Below are positions 40,036 through 52,858 of a DNA stretch of 64,000 nucleotides, piece after piece. The notes under the pieces are model-generated. The model did no database searches and was not told the origin of the DNA. It saw nothing but the letters and a program-made list of their open reading frames with translations. How positions within the stretch are numbered: position 1 is the first letter of the stretch; each line of letters starts with the position of its first letter. Source of the DNA: Felis catus (lineage: Eukaryota); NCBI RefSeq assembly GCF_018350175.1, contig NC_058373.1, forward strand, positions 108,750,001 through 108,814,000. The letters are read 5' to 3'. The position numbers and the translations under genes were made by a program.

Positions 40036-43000
40036 TTTGGGTATTCCCTGCGGTATCTCCAAACTGCAGGGCACTTTCCCTGTGCTGTCTGGAGAAACTT
40101 GTGTTGGTGGGTGGGGCTGCAGTTGGACCTGATGTCTGCCCCCAGCCCACCTTGGGGCCACAGTCAGACTGGTGTCTACCTTATCATCCCCTCTCCCAGG
40201 AGTAGGACTCACTGTGGTTTGGTGTGGCCCCTGTCTGGGCTGCTTGCACACTGCCAAGCTTGTGGTGCTGCTTTGATGGGATCTGGCCAAGGGCATATTA
40301 GACAGGATGGATCTGCAAGGTGCACAGGGGCAGGAAGGGCAGGCTCACTTTGCTGTCAGTGGTCCCCTGCGGGAGGGGCCCTGCAGTACCAGGAGGGAGG
40401 CAGGCCCCGTCAGAGGGATGGATCCACAGAAACATAGCATTGGGTGTTTGTGTGGTGCAAGCAAGTTTGGTGACGGGAGCTGGTTCCCTTTGGAATTTTG
40501 GCTGGGGGATGGGAGATGGAAATGGTGCTTGCCAGCGCCTTTGTTCCCCCGCCAAGCTGAGCTCTGTCTTCCTGGGCTCAACAACTCTCCCTCCTGGTGT
40601 CCTCTCACCCTCCCCACTCTCCAAGAGCAGAGCTGTTGACTTTAACATTCCAGATGTTAAGTCCGGCTGTCTGTCAGAACTCACGGAGTTTGGCCCCTCC
40701 GCTTTTGCAAGCCAGACTTCGGGGGCTCTGCCTTGCCAGGCGGGCTGCCCTTCCACTGCCCCAGCTCCCTCCCGCCAGTCTGCGTAGCACACACCGCCTC
40801 TCTGCCCTTTCTACCCTCTTCCGTGAGCCTCTTGTCTACTCTTGGCTCCAGAGAGTCTGCTCTGCTAGTCTTCCGGTGGTTTTCTGGGTTATTTAGGCAG
40901 ATGTGGGTGGAATCTAAGCAATCAGCAGGACAAGGTGAGCCCAGAGTCCTCCTATGCTGCCATATTTCTCTATAGTTCTCTTGAACCCATTTTAAAAGCA
41001 CTATGTTTTTACTGCCCCCATCATGTTTTAGGTACTATGGTGTCATAATTTACATCATTTTATTTTGTGAGTCCTTTGAGTGATTTTTATAAATATGGTT
41101 GATTTTACTGCTTTTATAATTTCTACTTTTCTTACTTCTGTTTATGGTTTTCCTTTCCACTTAAAAAAATGTCCTTTAATATTTTTTGTAAGGCTGGTTC
41201 AGTGGTGATGAATTCCTTTAACTTTTGTCTGGGAAGCTCTTCATTTCTCCTTCTATTCTAAGTGATAGCCTTGCTGGATAGAGTATTCTTTTTGCAGGGT
41301 TTTTTTCTTTCAGCACTTTGAATATATCATGCAACCCCCTCTGGCCTGCAGAGTTTCTCTGAAAAATCAGCAGATAGCCTTATAGGAGTTTCTTCTGTAT
41401 GTAACGGTTTTCTTTTCTCTTGTTGATTTTAAAATTCTTGCTTTATCACTACTTTTTGCCACTTTAATTGCTATGTGTCTTGGTGGGAACGTCCTTTGGT
41501 TGATTTTGTTGCAGCTCTCTGTGCCTCTTGTATCTGGCTTTGTGTTTCCTTTTCCAGACTTGGGAAGTTTTAAGCTATTATTTCTTCAAATGACTTTTCT
41601 GCCCCCTTTTCTCTCTTGGATCATTTTTGGATCCCTAATGTGAATGTTACTACACTTGATGGTGTTGTTGGGTTCCTTGAATCTATGTTCATTTGTTGTT
41701 ATTTTTCTGTCTCCTGTTCAGATTGATTGTTTTCCATTACTTTATCCTCCAGGTTACTTATCTGTTCTTCTTTCTCTAGTCTGCTATTTATTCCCTCTAG
41801 TGTATTTTTAATTTCATTTATTGGATTCTTCATCTCTGATTGGTTCTTTTTTTTTATGTTTTCTCTTTGTTGAGGGTCTCACTGAGGTCCTTCGCTTTTT
41901 TCTCATCTAGTGATTATCTTTATGACCATTTGCTTTAAACGTGTTTATAACATGTTACTTATCTTTCTTTTGTTTTGCAATTTTGCTGTGATTTTGTTTT
42001 GTTCTTTCATTTAGGGCATGTTCTCTGCCTCCTCATTTTGTCTAATTCTCAGTGTCTGTTTCTGTGTGTTAGGAAAGTCAGCTATGTCTCTTGATCTTGA
42101 AAGTAGTGGCCTTATGAAGAAGAGATTCTGTAGTACCCAGCAGTGCAATGTCCTGTGTTCACCGGAATCTGGTGCTTCAGGGTGTCTCCTATGTGTGTTG
42201 CATGTGCCTTACTGTTGCGGTTAAGTCACGTTTTTCTTCAGTCCAGTTGTATTCAGTGGCTCTCTTTGCCTCTGTGGGCAGAGTTTGATCCTTGCATTGT
42301 TAGTGAGCCAGTCTGGGTCCACCTTAGTTTGAGTTGAGTCAGACTAGGCCTTTGCCAGAACTGAAGGGTGCTCTCCCTGGATTTCCCGCTGAGAAGCTTT
42401 CATGGCTGAGCAGGGCCTGCAATTGGACCAGAAGTCCACCTCTAGCTCCCTGCTGGGGCCACAGTGGAACTATGTAGTTATCTTCCCCTCTCTCTGGAGC
42501 AGGAGTCACTTTGGAGTGGTGCTGGCCCCTGTCAGGGCTCCTTGCACACTGCAAGGGTTGTGGCTTTTTGGGTGGGCTTTGGATGGGCTCCAGCCAAGGG
42601 GATATTAGAGGTGTAGGTCCACAGGAAGATGCAAGGGCAGGGTTCAAGGTGCCTGCAAGGTCTGTGCAGACTTACTGCATGAAGAGGGCTACAGCTACCT
42701 GGGGCAAATCCTGTTCTGTAGAATACTGTGGGATCGGGCTTATTGTTAAGAAGCTAGGTGGAGAGTGTTGGCACTATGCTGGTTTCTGCAGGTGTCCGTT
42801 TATCTAGACTGGCAGGAGGGGAGAAAAGTGGTGTCTGTCAATTCTTTTGTTCTGGAGAAATGTCACGAAGATCCTTTCCTCTCCAGCTCATACCCTGAGA
42901 ATACTAACTAAATCTCATATACCCCAGAAATTTTTTAAATTGCTGCTTCTATGCTGTATCTCAGTGGGGCTGTTTGTTGTTCTGTCTCTTTAAGGGCAAG

Positions 43001-43917
43001 GACTCAGTTCCCTGTTGCCCTCCTGCCTCTCCCAGAGGCATGCCTGCTAATTTTTAAAGTTCCAGGTATTAAGTGTCACTGATTTTCAAAGCCAAATGTT
43101 TTTCAAAGCCAAATGTTATGGGGATTTGTCTTTCCAATATGGGGTCCCTCATGCCTGGGGTGCCTGGTATGGGGTCTGCTGCTCTCCCCTGTCTATACCC
43201 ATGGCATCCCTCCCTCCAGTGAACAGTCTTGAGTCCCTTTGGCTGCCTACTGTGTCTCTACCCTTTCTACACTCTTAGTTGTGGCCTCTTCTCTGTGTTC
43301 AGCTATGTTGAGAGTCTGTTCTGCCAGTGTTCTGGTCATTTTCTGGGTTATTTACACTGGTGTGGATGCTATCTAGGTGTATCTGTGGGACAAAGTGAGC
43401 CTAGGATCCTCCTACTCAGCAACTTTCCCTGGAAATCTCATATAATCTTTAGTGAAGTGTCTGCCCATATTATTGTTATTGCATAGTTTGTTTTCTTACT
43501 GATTTTTAATAGTTCTTTATATATTTTGGAATACAAGTTCTTTATCAGATATGTGATTTCCAAAAATTACTTCTCCATCTGTGGATTGACTTTTCATTTC
43601 CTTAATGATGTTTTTGATGGTTTCATTTTCAAAGGTATTTGGGTTTTGTTTTGTTTTAATGAGATCCCCTTGCTTTTTTTATTGTATCTAAAAAGTTGCC
43701 CTTGAACCCAGGCTCACAAATTTTTCCGTTTGTTCTCATCTAGAATTTATAGTTTAAAAATTTACATTTATAAATTTAATCCATTTTGAGTAAATTTGTG
43801 TAAGGCATGAGGTATACATTAAAGGCCTTTAATTTTTTGTATATTATGTCCAATTATTCCAGTACAATTTGTTGAAAATATTATTCTTAATCTTTTAAAT
43901 TAAAACTGTCATCAACT

Positions 43918-44369
43918 GGAGGTGCCTGAGTGGCTCAGTCAGTTGGGTATCCTGACTTCAGCTCAAGTCATGATCTTACTGCTTGTGAGTTTGAGCCCCA
44001 CACTGGGCTCTGTGCTGACAGCTCAGAGCCTGGAGCCTGCTTTGGATTCTTTGTCTTTCTCTCTGTCTCTCTGCCCCTCCCCTGCTAGCACTCTGTCTCT
44101 GTCTGTCTCTCTCTCTCAAAAATAAATAAACATTGGGGCGCCTGGGTGGCTCAGTCAGTTGAGCGTCCGACTTCGCTCAGGTCACGATCTCACGGTCCGT
44201 GAGTTCGAGCCCCGCATCAGGCTCTGTGCCGACAGCTCGGAGCCTGGAGCCTGCTTCAGATTCTGTGTCTCCCTCTCTCTCTGGCCCTCCCCCCATTCAT
44301 GCTCTGTCTCTCTCTGTCTCAAAAATAAATAAATGTTAAAAAATAAATAAACATTGAAAAAAATTTTTG
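43918..44369 (+). mobile_element. CanSINE with a second SINE nested in its tail
   Basis: Outer TSD aaaactgtcatcaact/aaaactatcatcaatt. Confidence 0.92.
44135..44338 (+). mobile_element. Younger SINEC_Fc nested in the preceding SINE
   Basis: TSD aaaaataaataaacatt (44118-44134, 44339-44355). Confidence 0.93.
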
Positions 44370-44815
44370 AAAACTATCATCAATTGAATTACTTTTGCAC
44401 CTTTGTCAAAAACAAGTTGACAATATTTGCGTGACTCTAATTTTGGACTCTGTTCTTTTCCATTGGTACATATATTTCTAAACTTTCACCAATACCACAC
44501 TCACTTGATTACCATAAATTCTTTACCACACTCACTTGATTACCGTAAACGGAATGTGATGAATCCTCCCACATTGTTTTTGTTTCTCCTTTCAGATTTC
44601 TAGTTTCTTTGCTTTTCTGAACAGATTTTATAGTAAGCTTGTTGATATCTACAAAAAAAAAATTAAAACTTGTAGGGATTTTGATCAGGATTGCATCTGA
44701 TATATTCTCAAATTGGGGGGAATCATGTTTTAATTTTGAGTCTTCTAATTCATGAGTACGATATATATTTCCATTTCTTTACAAAATCTTCTTTCATCAG
44801 TGTTTTGTAGTTTCA

Positions 44816-45035
44816 GACAGAGAGGGACGCAAACCCATAAGAGACTCTTAAATACAGAGAACAAACAGTTGATGGTAGGGGGAAGGAGAAAATGGACTTT
44901 TTCCCAGCATTTGCTGGGATGAGCACTGGGTGTTGTATGTAGCAGTGAAACTCAGGAATCTACCCTCGAAACCAACAGCACACTGTATACAATGTATGTT
45001 AGCTAACTTGAAAAAAAATCATATTAAAAACAAAA
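44816..45035 (+). mobile_element. Short L1 3'UTR fragment
   Basis: cataagagactcttaaatacagagaacaaac...gatgagcactgggtgttgtatgta; A-rich end. Confidence 0.85.
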
Positions 45036-45449
45036 GTGTTCAACATATAAACTGAGTACCCATTTTATTAGATTCATACCTTAGTACTTAATTTTATTTG
45101 GTGCTTTTATTGCCAAATATTAACTTATATCCACTTGGTGAGACTGGTGAGAACATTCTTGTCTTTTCCTGATTTTACTTTTAATTTACTTATACCATAT
45201 TTTTGGCATTCCTGTTATATATTTTGCTTTATCTATGCTATAAATCTTCAATATATTATTGCCTTTGACAATCAATTACCTTTTAAAACACTTTAAAATG
45301 AGAAAATATGGTGTTTCTATATTTATGTTCATGTCAAACATTATTGGAGTGCTTTATCTGTTTTTTTAGATCTAAATTCCTATCTGGTATAATTTTCCTG
45401 CTGGATGAAAAATTTTAACTAAACTTTCTTAAAGCACAAGTCTCAAATC

Positions 45450-45675
45450 AATGAATGAATTCTCTTTTCTCTCTCTGTCTCTCTCATGTATTTTAGAGAG
45501 AGAGAGAGCTGCATGAGTTGGGAAGGGACAGAGGGAGAGGGAGGGAGAGAATTTCCAGCAGGCTCCACACCCAGCACAGAACCCATTGCGGGGCTTCCTC
45601 TCACAACCATGAGACCATGACCTGAGCTGAAAGTAAGAGTTGGGTGCTTAACCAACTGAGCCACCCAGCACCCCT
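45450..45675 (-). mobile_element. CanSINE (older)
   Basis: gggacagagggagag...ccatgacctgagctgaa...aactgagccacccagcacccc. Confidence 0.88.
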
Positions 45676-45841
45676 CTATGTCTGTCTTTTTGAAACAGCT
45701 TTTACTTGTAGTCATATCTGAAAAGTATTTTTGCTGAATATAGAAATCTCACTTGATAGTTTTTGTTCAGTACTTTAAAATGGCCACTCCTTTTTGGTTT
45801 GCATAGTTTCTGACAGTAAGAGCTCTAATTCTTATTTTTGT

Positions 45842-45844
<3 letters not shown>

Positions 45845-45890
<46 letters not shown>
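45845..45890. repeat. (GT)n microsatellite
   Basis: Perfect run of about 23 units. Confidence 0.95.
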
Positions 45891-45894
<4 letters not shown>

Positions 45895-47906
45895 GGTTCC
45901 TCTCTAGCTGTTGTCAAGATTTTTCTTAAGTTTTGGTTTCAGTATTTTTAATATATGTTTAAGTGTGTTTCTTTAGGTGCTTATTGTTTTTGGTCTTCTA
46001 TGAGCTTCTCAGATTTATGGTTTATGTTTTTCACTAGTTTTCTAAACTTTTCTGTGATTATTGCTTCAAAAAAAATTTTTTTGCTCACTTTCTTCTCTGG
46101 GATTTCAGTTACATGTGTTAGATTTTTATGAAATTATTCTGTATCTCTTGGGTAATCTCAGCTTTTCTTGTTAATGCCTGTTTTCCTCTTTGTGTTTTAT
46201 TTTGGGTAATTTCTCTTGATCTGTCTTCTAAGTCTACAGATTCTCTCCTTGGCTTGGTCAATTCTCTTGATGCATCAATGGAAGGAGTTCTTTATCTCAG
46301 TTACATTATTATTACTAATACCCCCTTCTTTTCCTCATCCTCATTATTTCTGTTTTTATTTGTTCTCATAGTGTCACAACTTTCATGAAATGATATTCAT
46401 GCATTTTTCACACTATTTCCACTAGAGCTTTCAACATATTAATCACAGTTACTTGAAAGTCACTGCCCTGTGGTTCTGTCATCTGGGTCATGTGGGAGTC
46501 TTTTTCTGTAAATTATTTCATTTGTTGACAGAGATTTCCTTTTTCTCCTTGTGTTTATCTAATTTGTAATTGAATGTTGTATGTCTGTGTAGAAAGTAGA
46601 GACCATGATAAATAGCCTCATTTCTTCTGCTACACCATTAGTGTTGGGGGTTGACTCAACCTAATCAGAGTGTGTGTTTGGAATTTGTTGATATTGTTTC
46701 CTTCATTACCTAACTGGATTTTAATGCTTTAGTGTTAACCATGTGCTTAGCATGGGAGCTTGGATGAAGAAGGTTCTTCTCAGTGTTGCAGTTCCACTCT
46801 GGCTTTCAGCCTTTCCTGTGAATATGCACCATGAAGAATGTCTATAGGACCTGCCTCTCTCCCCTTTGTAGACTGTTGCTGCCTATTTCTTGATGATAGC
46901 CAGTCTGGTGGTGGATGTTAGAACTCCTTGCCATGCCACAGTCTTAGGCAGGCCTTGTTTCTTGTGTTTCATGGTTGGGTTTTCTCAGCCATCCTCCCCT
47001 GTTTCCTGTAGCTGTCAAACTCTGCATCATGTCTTCAGTGAGAATTCTCTGTCCTTCCTTCCATGTTAGGAGGTCTCTAATGTTGGTATAAAATCATGGG
47101 CCTTGGACTGCTTCTGGCTCCTCTCTTAGTGGTAGTTTTTGTTTTTGTTTTTGTTTTTTTCATTTATCATTTCCCTACTTGAATTTTACCCCAGGGGCAG
47201 ACACAGTTTGCTATTCCTCATCAGTGGCTTAGGATTCTTATTTTATTTTCAGGAAAAAAAAAATTGTTGGAAGAACTTTGTGCCTTTTCCATAGCACCTT
47301 CTACTCTGCCTTTGGCGATCTTTATGACAAAGGGGCTCTGTGCCTCCAATCTTTCCCCTATATGCCCAGTAGACTTCCATAGTAAAAAGCTTGAGTGGCT
47401 GGAACTGGACTACCAGAGGTGTTATACTCACACAACCTGACATTCAGCCTTTAGCAATTCATTAACATTTTAAGTGGTTCTTACCTGCTAGTTAGGTACC
47501 CAGAGCCTCCAGTGTTCGGCCACAGTGGGGGCAGCTTTCCTACCACATCTCTTCCTGGAGAAGCCTGATTTCCTTGGATTTCAGTCTATGTTCAGACTTA
47601 ACTTTAATTCTCTAATGGCTTCAAGAAAAGTTATGATTTTGTAATTTGGTCATTTTGAAGGGAGAAGGGAGTATTGGCTGACTGAAAAGCTTTCAGCTTT
47701 CTCCATCTTAGGTATAAATCTTTTCTATGAAATTTTTTCAAATTAGTGTTGGCTAAATAATAGATGTTTTTATGGACCACAGATTTCATTAGCAATAATA
47801 ATGAAGGTCCTTTAGTAAGTTCATGAGAGCTGCAAGGAATTCTAAGTGTTTTTGCATGCATAATATTATTTAATATTCCCTCCAAAACTGTATGAAGTAG
47901 TTTAAT

Positions 47907-48114
47907 TTTTTTTAATGTTTATTTATTTTTGAGACAGAGAGAGACAGAGCATGAACGGGGGAGGGTCAGAGAGAGAGGGAGACACAGAATCTGAAGCAGG
48001 CTCCAGGCTCTGAGCTGTCAGCACAGAGCCCAACGCGGGGCTCAAACTCAGACCGTGAGATCATGACCTGAGCCGAAGTCGGACGCTTAACCGACTGAGC
48101 CATCCAGGCGCCCC
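47907..48114 (-). mobile_element. SINEC_Fc
   Basis: 14-bp TSD tgaagtagtttaat (47893-47906, 48115-48128). Confidence 0.96.
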
Positions 48115-48550
48115 TGAAGTAGTTTAATGTAATTGTCAGATAAGAGTCTTATAGCTCAGAAATATGGGGTCATTTTCTCAGGGTTACATAGCAAATAGAT
48201 GGAATGCAAGATATAAATCTAAGTTAGTCCTACTACTCTGCTATGAAATTCAATAATTGCCTAAAACATCTCAAACTAATAAATGATATTTAGAATATAT
48301 TGATTGGTTAATGGTGAACAGATAGGACACAATATTTTTTTCTCTTTTGCAGCAAGAATCTAATTGATATGTAAGCTCCCCATTATTTTGAAAGGGGGTT
48401 GGGTAGTAGGAGGAGTGAGTGTCAAACATTAGAAACACATCTGAACAACATATTTATTAAATGGAAGAGGATATAATGGAAAGTCTTTTGACCAATGAGA
48501 TAAAGTATGTTATTAACTATTTTAAATAAAGTAAACATCATTGGTACAGT

Positions 48551-48834
48551 AGAATATTCTGAAAGCAGCTAGGGATAAACAGGCCCTAACTTACAAAGGT
48601 AATACATAAGGGTAGTAACAGACCTATCTACTGAAACTTGGCAGGCCAGAAGGGAATGGCAGGAAATCTTCAATGTGATGAACAGAAAGAATATGCAGCC
48701 AAGAATCCTTTACCCAGCAAGTCTGTCATTCACAATAGAAGGAGAGATAAAGGTCTTCCCAAACAAAAACTGAAGGAATTTATCACCACTAAACCAGCCC
48801 TACAAGAGATCCTAAGGGGGACTCTGTGAGTGAA
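48551..48834 (+). mobile_element. Isolated internal L1 ORF1 C-terminal fragment with no poly(A)
   Basis: Highly similar to 39140-39420 (-); flanked by agtaaacatcatt/agtgaacattatt. Confidence 0.92.
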
Positions 48835-49565
48835 CATTATTTCTTCTAATTATCAAATTGCAGAGTCCAGCATTATCCTGACATTTTGAATAGCAGGGGA
48901 GAACTTTATTACTCTCCTAATGCTCCATTATGTTGACCTTTTCTTAAATAAATGGGTTAATGCATTAGTTATAAGAACACCAGAGTTCCTAAAGGTTACT
49001 TCTAATGTCTCTTTGTGCTCATGTGAGCATACTGTATTTTAACTTTGACATTTCGTATCAGTTGGTACATGGTTAGTGTTCACTTGACTGAGAGATAAGA
49101 GTTCTTTTTTCAAATGATAATGAAATTGTTTCACATAAACTGTACTTGGACATAAATTTTCCCCTTAAAATGAAAAATATCCCAAATCAAGACTTCTCTT
49201 ATTGCTTCATATTCTTTTGTTTCCCTTCATTGTCACTATAATTATGGTTCTTTTAATTATTGTGGTTAAAATCTTGCTACGTTCTTTTTTTTTTACCCCC
49301 CTTCCCACTTAACCCATATATATGTGCCTGGAGCGATGGTGTGATCTAATGGGACAAAAATTGAGTTTGAAATTATAACCAGTTGGTTTCATGGGAGCTG
49401 CTGGTATGTTGCAATGGAAGTCATAAAATACTTATGTTAATATTTTCTGTTCAACCACAATCAAAGGGATTGAACAGTATTCATTATATTAAACAATAAA
49501 AGAGAAGTTTGTGGGGGTTCAATACTTAAAGAAGTAATAGACCAAATGCTTGCCCCACCTCCTAC

Positions 49566-49655
49566 CTTTAGTTTCAACAGCAGGATATTCCCATAGTTTG
49601 TGAGATCCCCTTGAGGTGAAGGCCAATGGCTTTGGGTGTGCTATTAGTGACTTTT
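49566..49655 (-). other. Candidate 90-nt symmetric (phase 1-1) exon, KSLIAHPKPLAFTSRGSHKLWEYPAVETK
   Basis: Acceptor ctttgtttgcatttaaag, donor AAG|gtagga; only the phase-1 frame is open. Confidence 0.3.
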
Positions 49656-49814
49656 CTTTAAATGCAAACAAAGTCAAGATAGAGAGTTGAGTCACATACT
49701 GTGTAGTCATCCAGACAAACCAGGTGGATTCTTCAACATTCCCACTCCATCACAGTAGCCAGTAAGTCTTAGAGTCATTTCTAACCATTTTTGTCATCAC
49801 AGTCTGTAGAAGTT

Positions 49815-50381
49815 TGTGCTTTCAAGGAAGACCATAATAATTTTCCCCGTCACATATTTTTTCTGTGCTACTTTGCTACTTCTCCTTTAAGAGGTAGAAT
49901 TTAATACCCTCTGCTTTCAGTGGCACACTTGTTAGTAATAAAATGCAGTGAAAGTCATGCTTGCAGGGCTGGGTTAAAGGAGACTGCAGTTTCTGCCTTA
50001 CTTCCTTGGCATGCTTGCATTCCTGACACTCTCTCCCTAGATGTTTTTCCTTGGAACCCATCTGCCATACTGAGAAATCCAGACCACATGTAGAGACCAC
50101 TGCTAGGTCCTCTTGTTAAAAGCCCAGCCTTTGAAGGTATCCCCCTAGTGCCAGACACTAGTGAGAAAACCTCCAGGTGGTTCTTGTTCCCAGCAATTTG
50201 CTTCATTTCCAAGCATTCAGGGCTTCCCATCTGAGATTCCAGACATTATGAATCACAGACAAATCCTCCATGTAATGCCTTGTCCACATTCTTAATGGAA
50301 AGAACCTGTGGGAAAGATAAAATGGTAGTTGTTCTTATTCCACTAAATTTGTTTGTTGTTTGATAATAGATATCTGGAACA
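49815..50381 (+). mobile_element. MLT1G/H-like MaLR LTR
   Basis: ggaacccatctgccat, ccacatgtagagacca, ccagacattatgaatcacagacaa, terminal atagatatctggaaca. Confidence 0.75.
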
Positions 50382-50512
50382 AAAATCGAAGGCCTCGTCC
50401 TTACTAGTCCATCTTCCCAATTTTGTTTTATATGAGATGTGGACTTTTCTCTTATTGGCTAATTTGACCCAAAGGTCTGTGTATTTGATAGATACAACTT
50501 CCAATTGGCTTA

Positions 50513-50735
50513 ATTTTTTTTTTATTTTTTTTAACGTTTATTTATTTTTGAGACAGAGAGAGAGTATGAATGGGGGAGGGTCAGAGAGAGAGGGAGACAC
50601 AGGATCTGAAACAGGCTTCAGGCTCTGAGCTGTCAGCACAGAGTTCTGAGCATGCGGGGTTCGAACTCACGGACCGCGAGATCATGGCCTGAGCCAAAGT
50701 TGGACGTTTAACTGACTGATCCACCCAGCACCCCA
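50513..50735 (-). mobile_element. SINEC_Fc
   Basis: Antisense CanSINE body; aattggctt on both flanks. Confidence 0.92.
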
Positions 50736-52514
50736 CCCCTGCCCCACTCTAATTGGCTTTAAATTATGTATCTTTCTTAGCAAAACAAAATTTAGTAACA
50801 CTAGGAGTAAACACATGTTTGTGGTCAAAATATGTTGTTCTGACTGCTGCTTTTACTGTCCTATCACTTGTGATACGTGAAAAACAACACTTTTTTCTTC
50901 ATGTCCAGAGAATGTGGGCAGGCTTCATGGAGAGTGAAGACAGAAGAAGCCATTATTACTACCAAGATGAAATTGGTGAGAGGACAGCTATTCAATGAGG
51001 GTTGGTAGGAAGTTCATTTGTATAAAGCACTTAGGAAAATCACTATGTTGCTTCTTCGAGGAAGCCTAAAGCGGAGACTTGTGTTATATTTCAATATTTT
51101 CAGAGTCAGCTTTCTAAAAATGTGTCACAGTATGAAGACTAGGCAATTAGGCTACAAGGCTTTAGGAAGTTTCTATGGAAGGTGCTAAAAGAAGTATTTA
51201 AAAGTATTTTTAAAAAATCAGTAAGTATGTATCCAAAATAGTTTCACCATTATGTTATTTCTAACTCCTAGGGCCCAGGTAATTTCCATGCTTGTGAACC
51301 ATTATGATGTAATGCTCCTTAACACTTCTAACACTGGCACACAGAACACAGTACTTGTTAGGCCACTGGACTAAATCTACAAAGACAAGAAAGGAAAATA
51401 TCTTAAGAGATAATACCATATTATGAGATCAGACCTATATTCATAAGTAATTTTCCCAAGAGTCAGGGTATCTGGGTAAAAATTCTGGTCTGTATTTATT
51501 TAGAAGTGTGGCTTTGGGTAGTTGAAATAACCAGAATATTGGAGAGGAAAGGTTATATTATTCCTCATTTTAAGTCAAAATTTGAACGACCTAAGATTTC
51601 CATTGATGTAAGGCCAACATTTGTGTTCATCATACTAAAATGAAACTGTACTCTATCTTGCACATTTCCTGTGGTTAATTTTGTTTGTCAAGACAATAGA
51701 TTATAGATTTTTTCATATAAAAAGACATCATAAATCATCTTATAGAAAAGTTAAATAATACTTCATTGCCAAACTATTTAGCTGGGGCAGTGGGGAAGCA
51801 AAGACAAAAACCAAGAACTAGGACCCATGTCAGAATCAATGTCCCCTAATATTCTCACTATATTTTACAGTTTGTATTGTTTTACTAGTTCAAAAAAAAA
51901 AAGATACTATCAAATAGTCCTCAAAATGCATCATTTGGGATGGTAGCTAATGTCACCATTTATAGTGCACTTATACAATCTTTGGTTAAAAGTTCAGAAG
52001 TGAAATGGCAAACATGGAGGTAATCTCTTCCTACTTTGGGAGCAGGCTTGCTTACAATGAAATCACACGCCTTTGATTAGGGAAAGCATATGTAACTGTT
52101 TGACAGTTTTTAAATACCACATGTTCCTTTTCTGAAGCAATCTGCTGGTACAAGTGTAGCTGAAGCTGCTACAATTGTTTTAGGCTAGAATTTATTAGAG
52201 CTGGGGACTCCCATTATCTCCCAAAAGTACACTGAGGTTGCTAGTCAGTCATTGTAGAGAGCAGATTAACCGTGGATTAAAATTTGGATGTATTTAAATT
52301 TCATTGTAAGGTGAGTTCACATCTTAGAAGCAGAGGAATTCTCACTGCTAAACTTGGTTAATTGTACCAGCCTAGGCTCTCTCAGGTTAACCTACGGCTA
52401 ACATCTCTTTCTTGGCTTTGCAAATGCCAAATTGTTCAATTGTTTCTTTTGTGATTGCCTCACAGAAGCAGTCTCATGGACTCCTACCTTACCCCCAAAG
52501 TTTTGTTTGGTTGT

Positions 52515-52858
52515 TGAGGCCAATGACTATACCTTATACGAAGAAGATATGAAAAAAAAATTATTACAGAATAGGATTTTTGAGGATAATGGGACAAGCT
52601 CTCAATCAGGTTCAAAAATGGCCTGAGAGAGCAGGGAAAGGAGATTGGCTTGTTATTTATTGTGATTAGGAGTAGAACTGGAGGGTTCCTGCATGTAGGA
52701 CAAGGCTTGGTTGATTTAAACTTCCCACCAGGGCCAAGGAGGGAGCATCTGGACTTTCTTATCAGTTTGCCTAGATGTGGAGCAGAAGAGGAAGAGGAAC
52801 CAGTGGGACTTGAAAGCTGTCAACAGTCAAACGTCAAAAATGGAGTCAGATTATTACA
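52515..52858 (-). mobile_element. Solo ERV LTR, family unassigned
   Basis: TG...CA termini, minus strand starts tgtaataatctgactccatttttg; 5-bp TSD gttgt. Confidence 0.75.

Larger units (their letters stand above)
35030..40980 (-). mobile_element. Full-length felid L1 (L1_Fc-like), ORFs disrupted
   Basis: GC-rich 5'UTR, ORF1, ORF2, 3'UTR; 13-bp TSD ttgaacccatttt (35017-35029, 40981-40993). Confidence 0.96.
30610..43440 (-). mobile_element. Near full-length older carnivore L1, interrupted by a younger L1 at 35030-40980
   Basis: 3'UTR from 30610, ORF2 to about 34800, inter-ORF region resumes at 40981, ORF1 and 5'UTR to about 43440. Confidence 0.88.
43441..47720 (-). mobile_element. Ancient L1M remainder (ORF2 part, internal deletion, ORF1/5' region)
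   Basis: Continues 29800-30605 (agtgaagtgtctg, ttctttatcagatatgtg, ccattttgagtaaattt); ORF1-like antisense sequence at 45.7-46.5 kb. Confidence 0.65.

Noticed and set aside
40009..41001. Cluster of 90-165 aa ORFs on both strands (possible ORF0-like or uORF)
   Set aside because: They lie in a GC-rich L1 5'UTR where stops are rare; no recognisable protein
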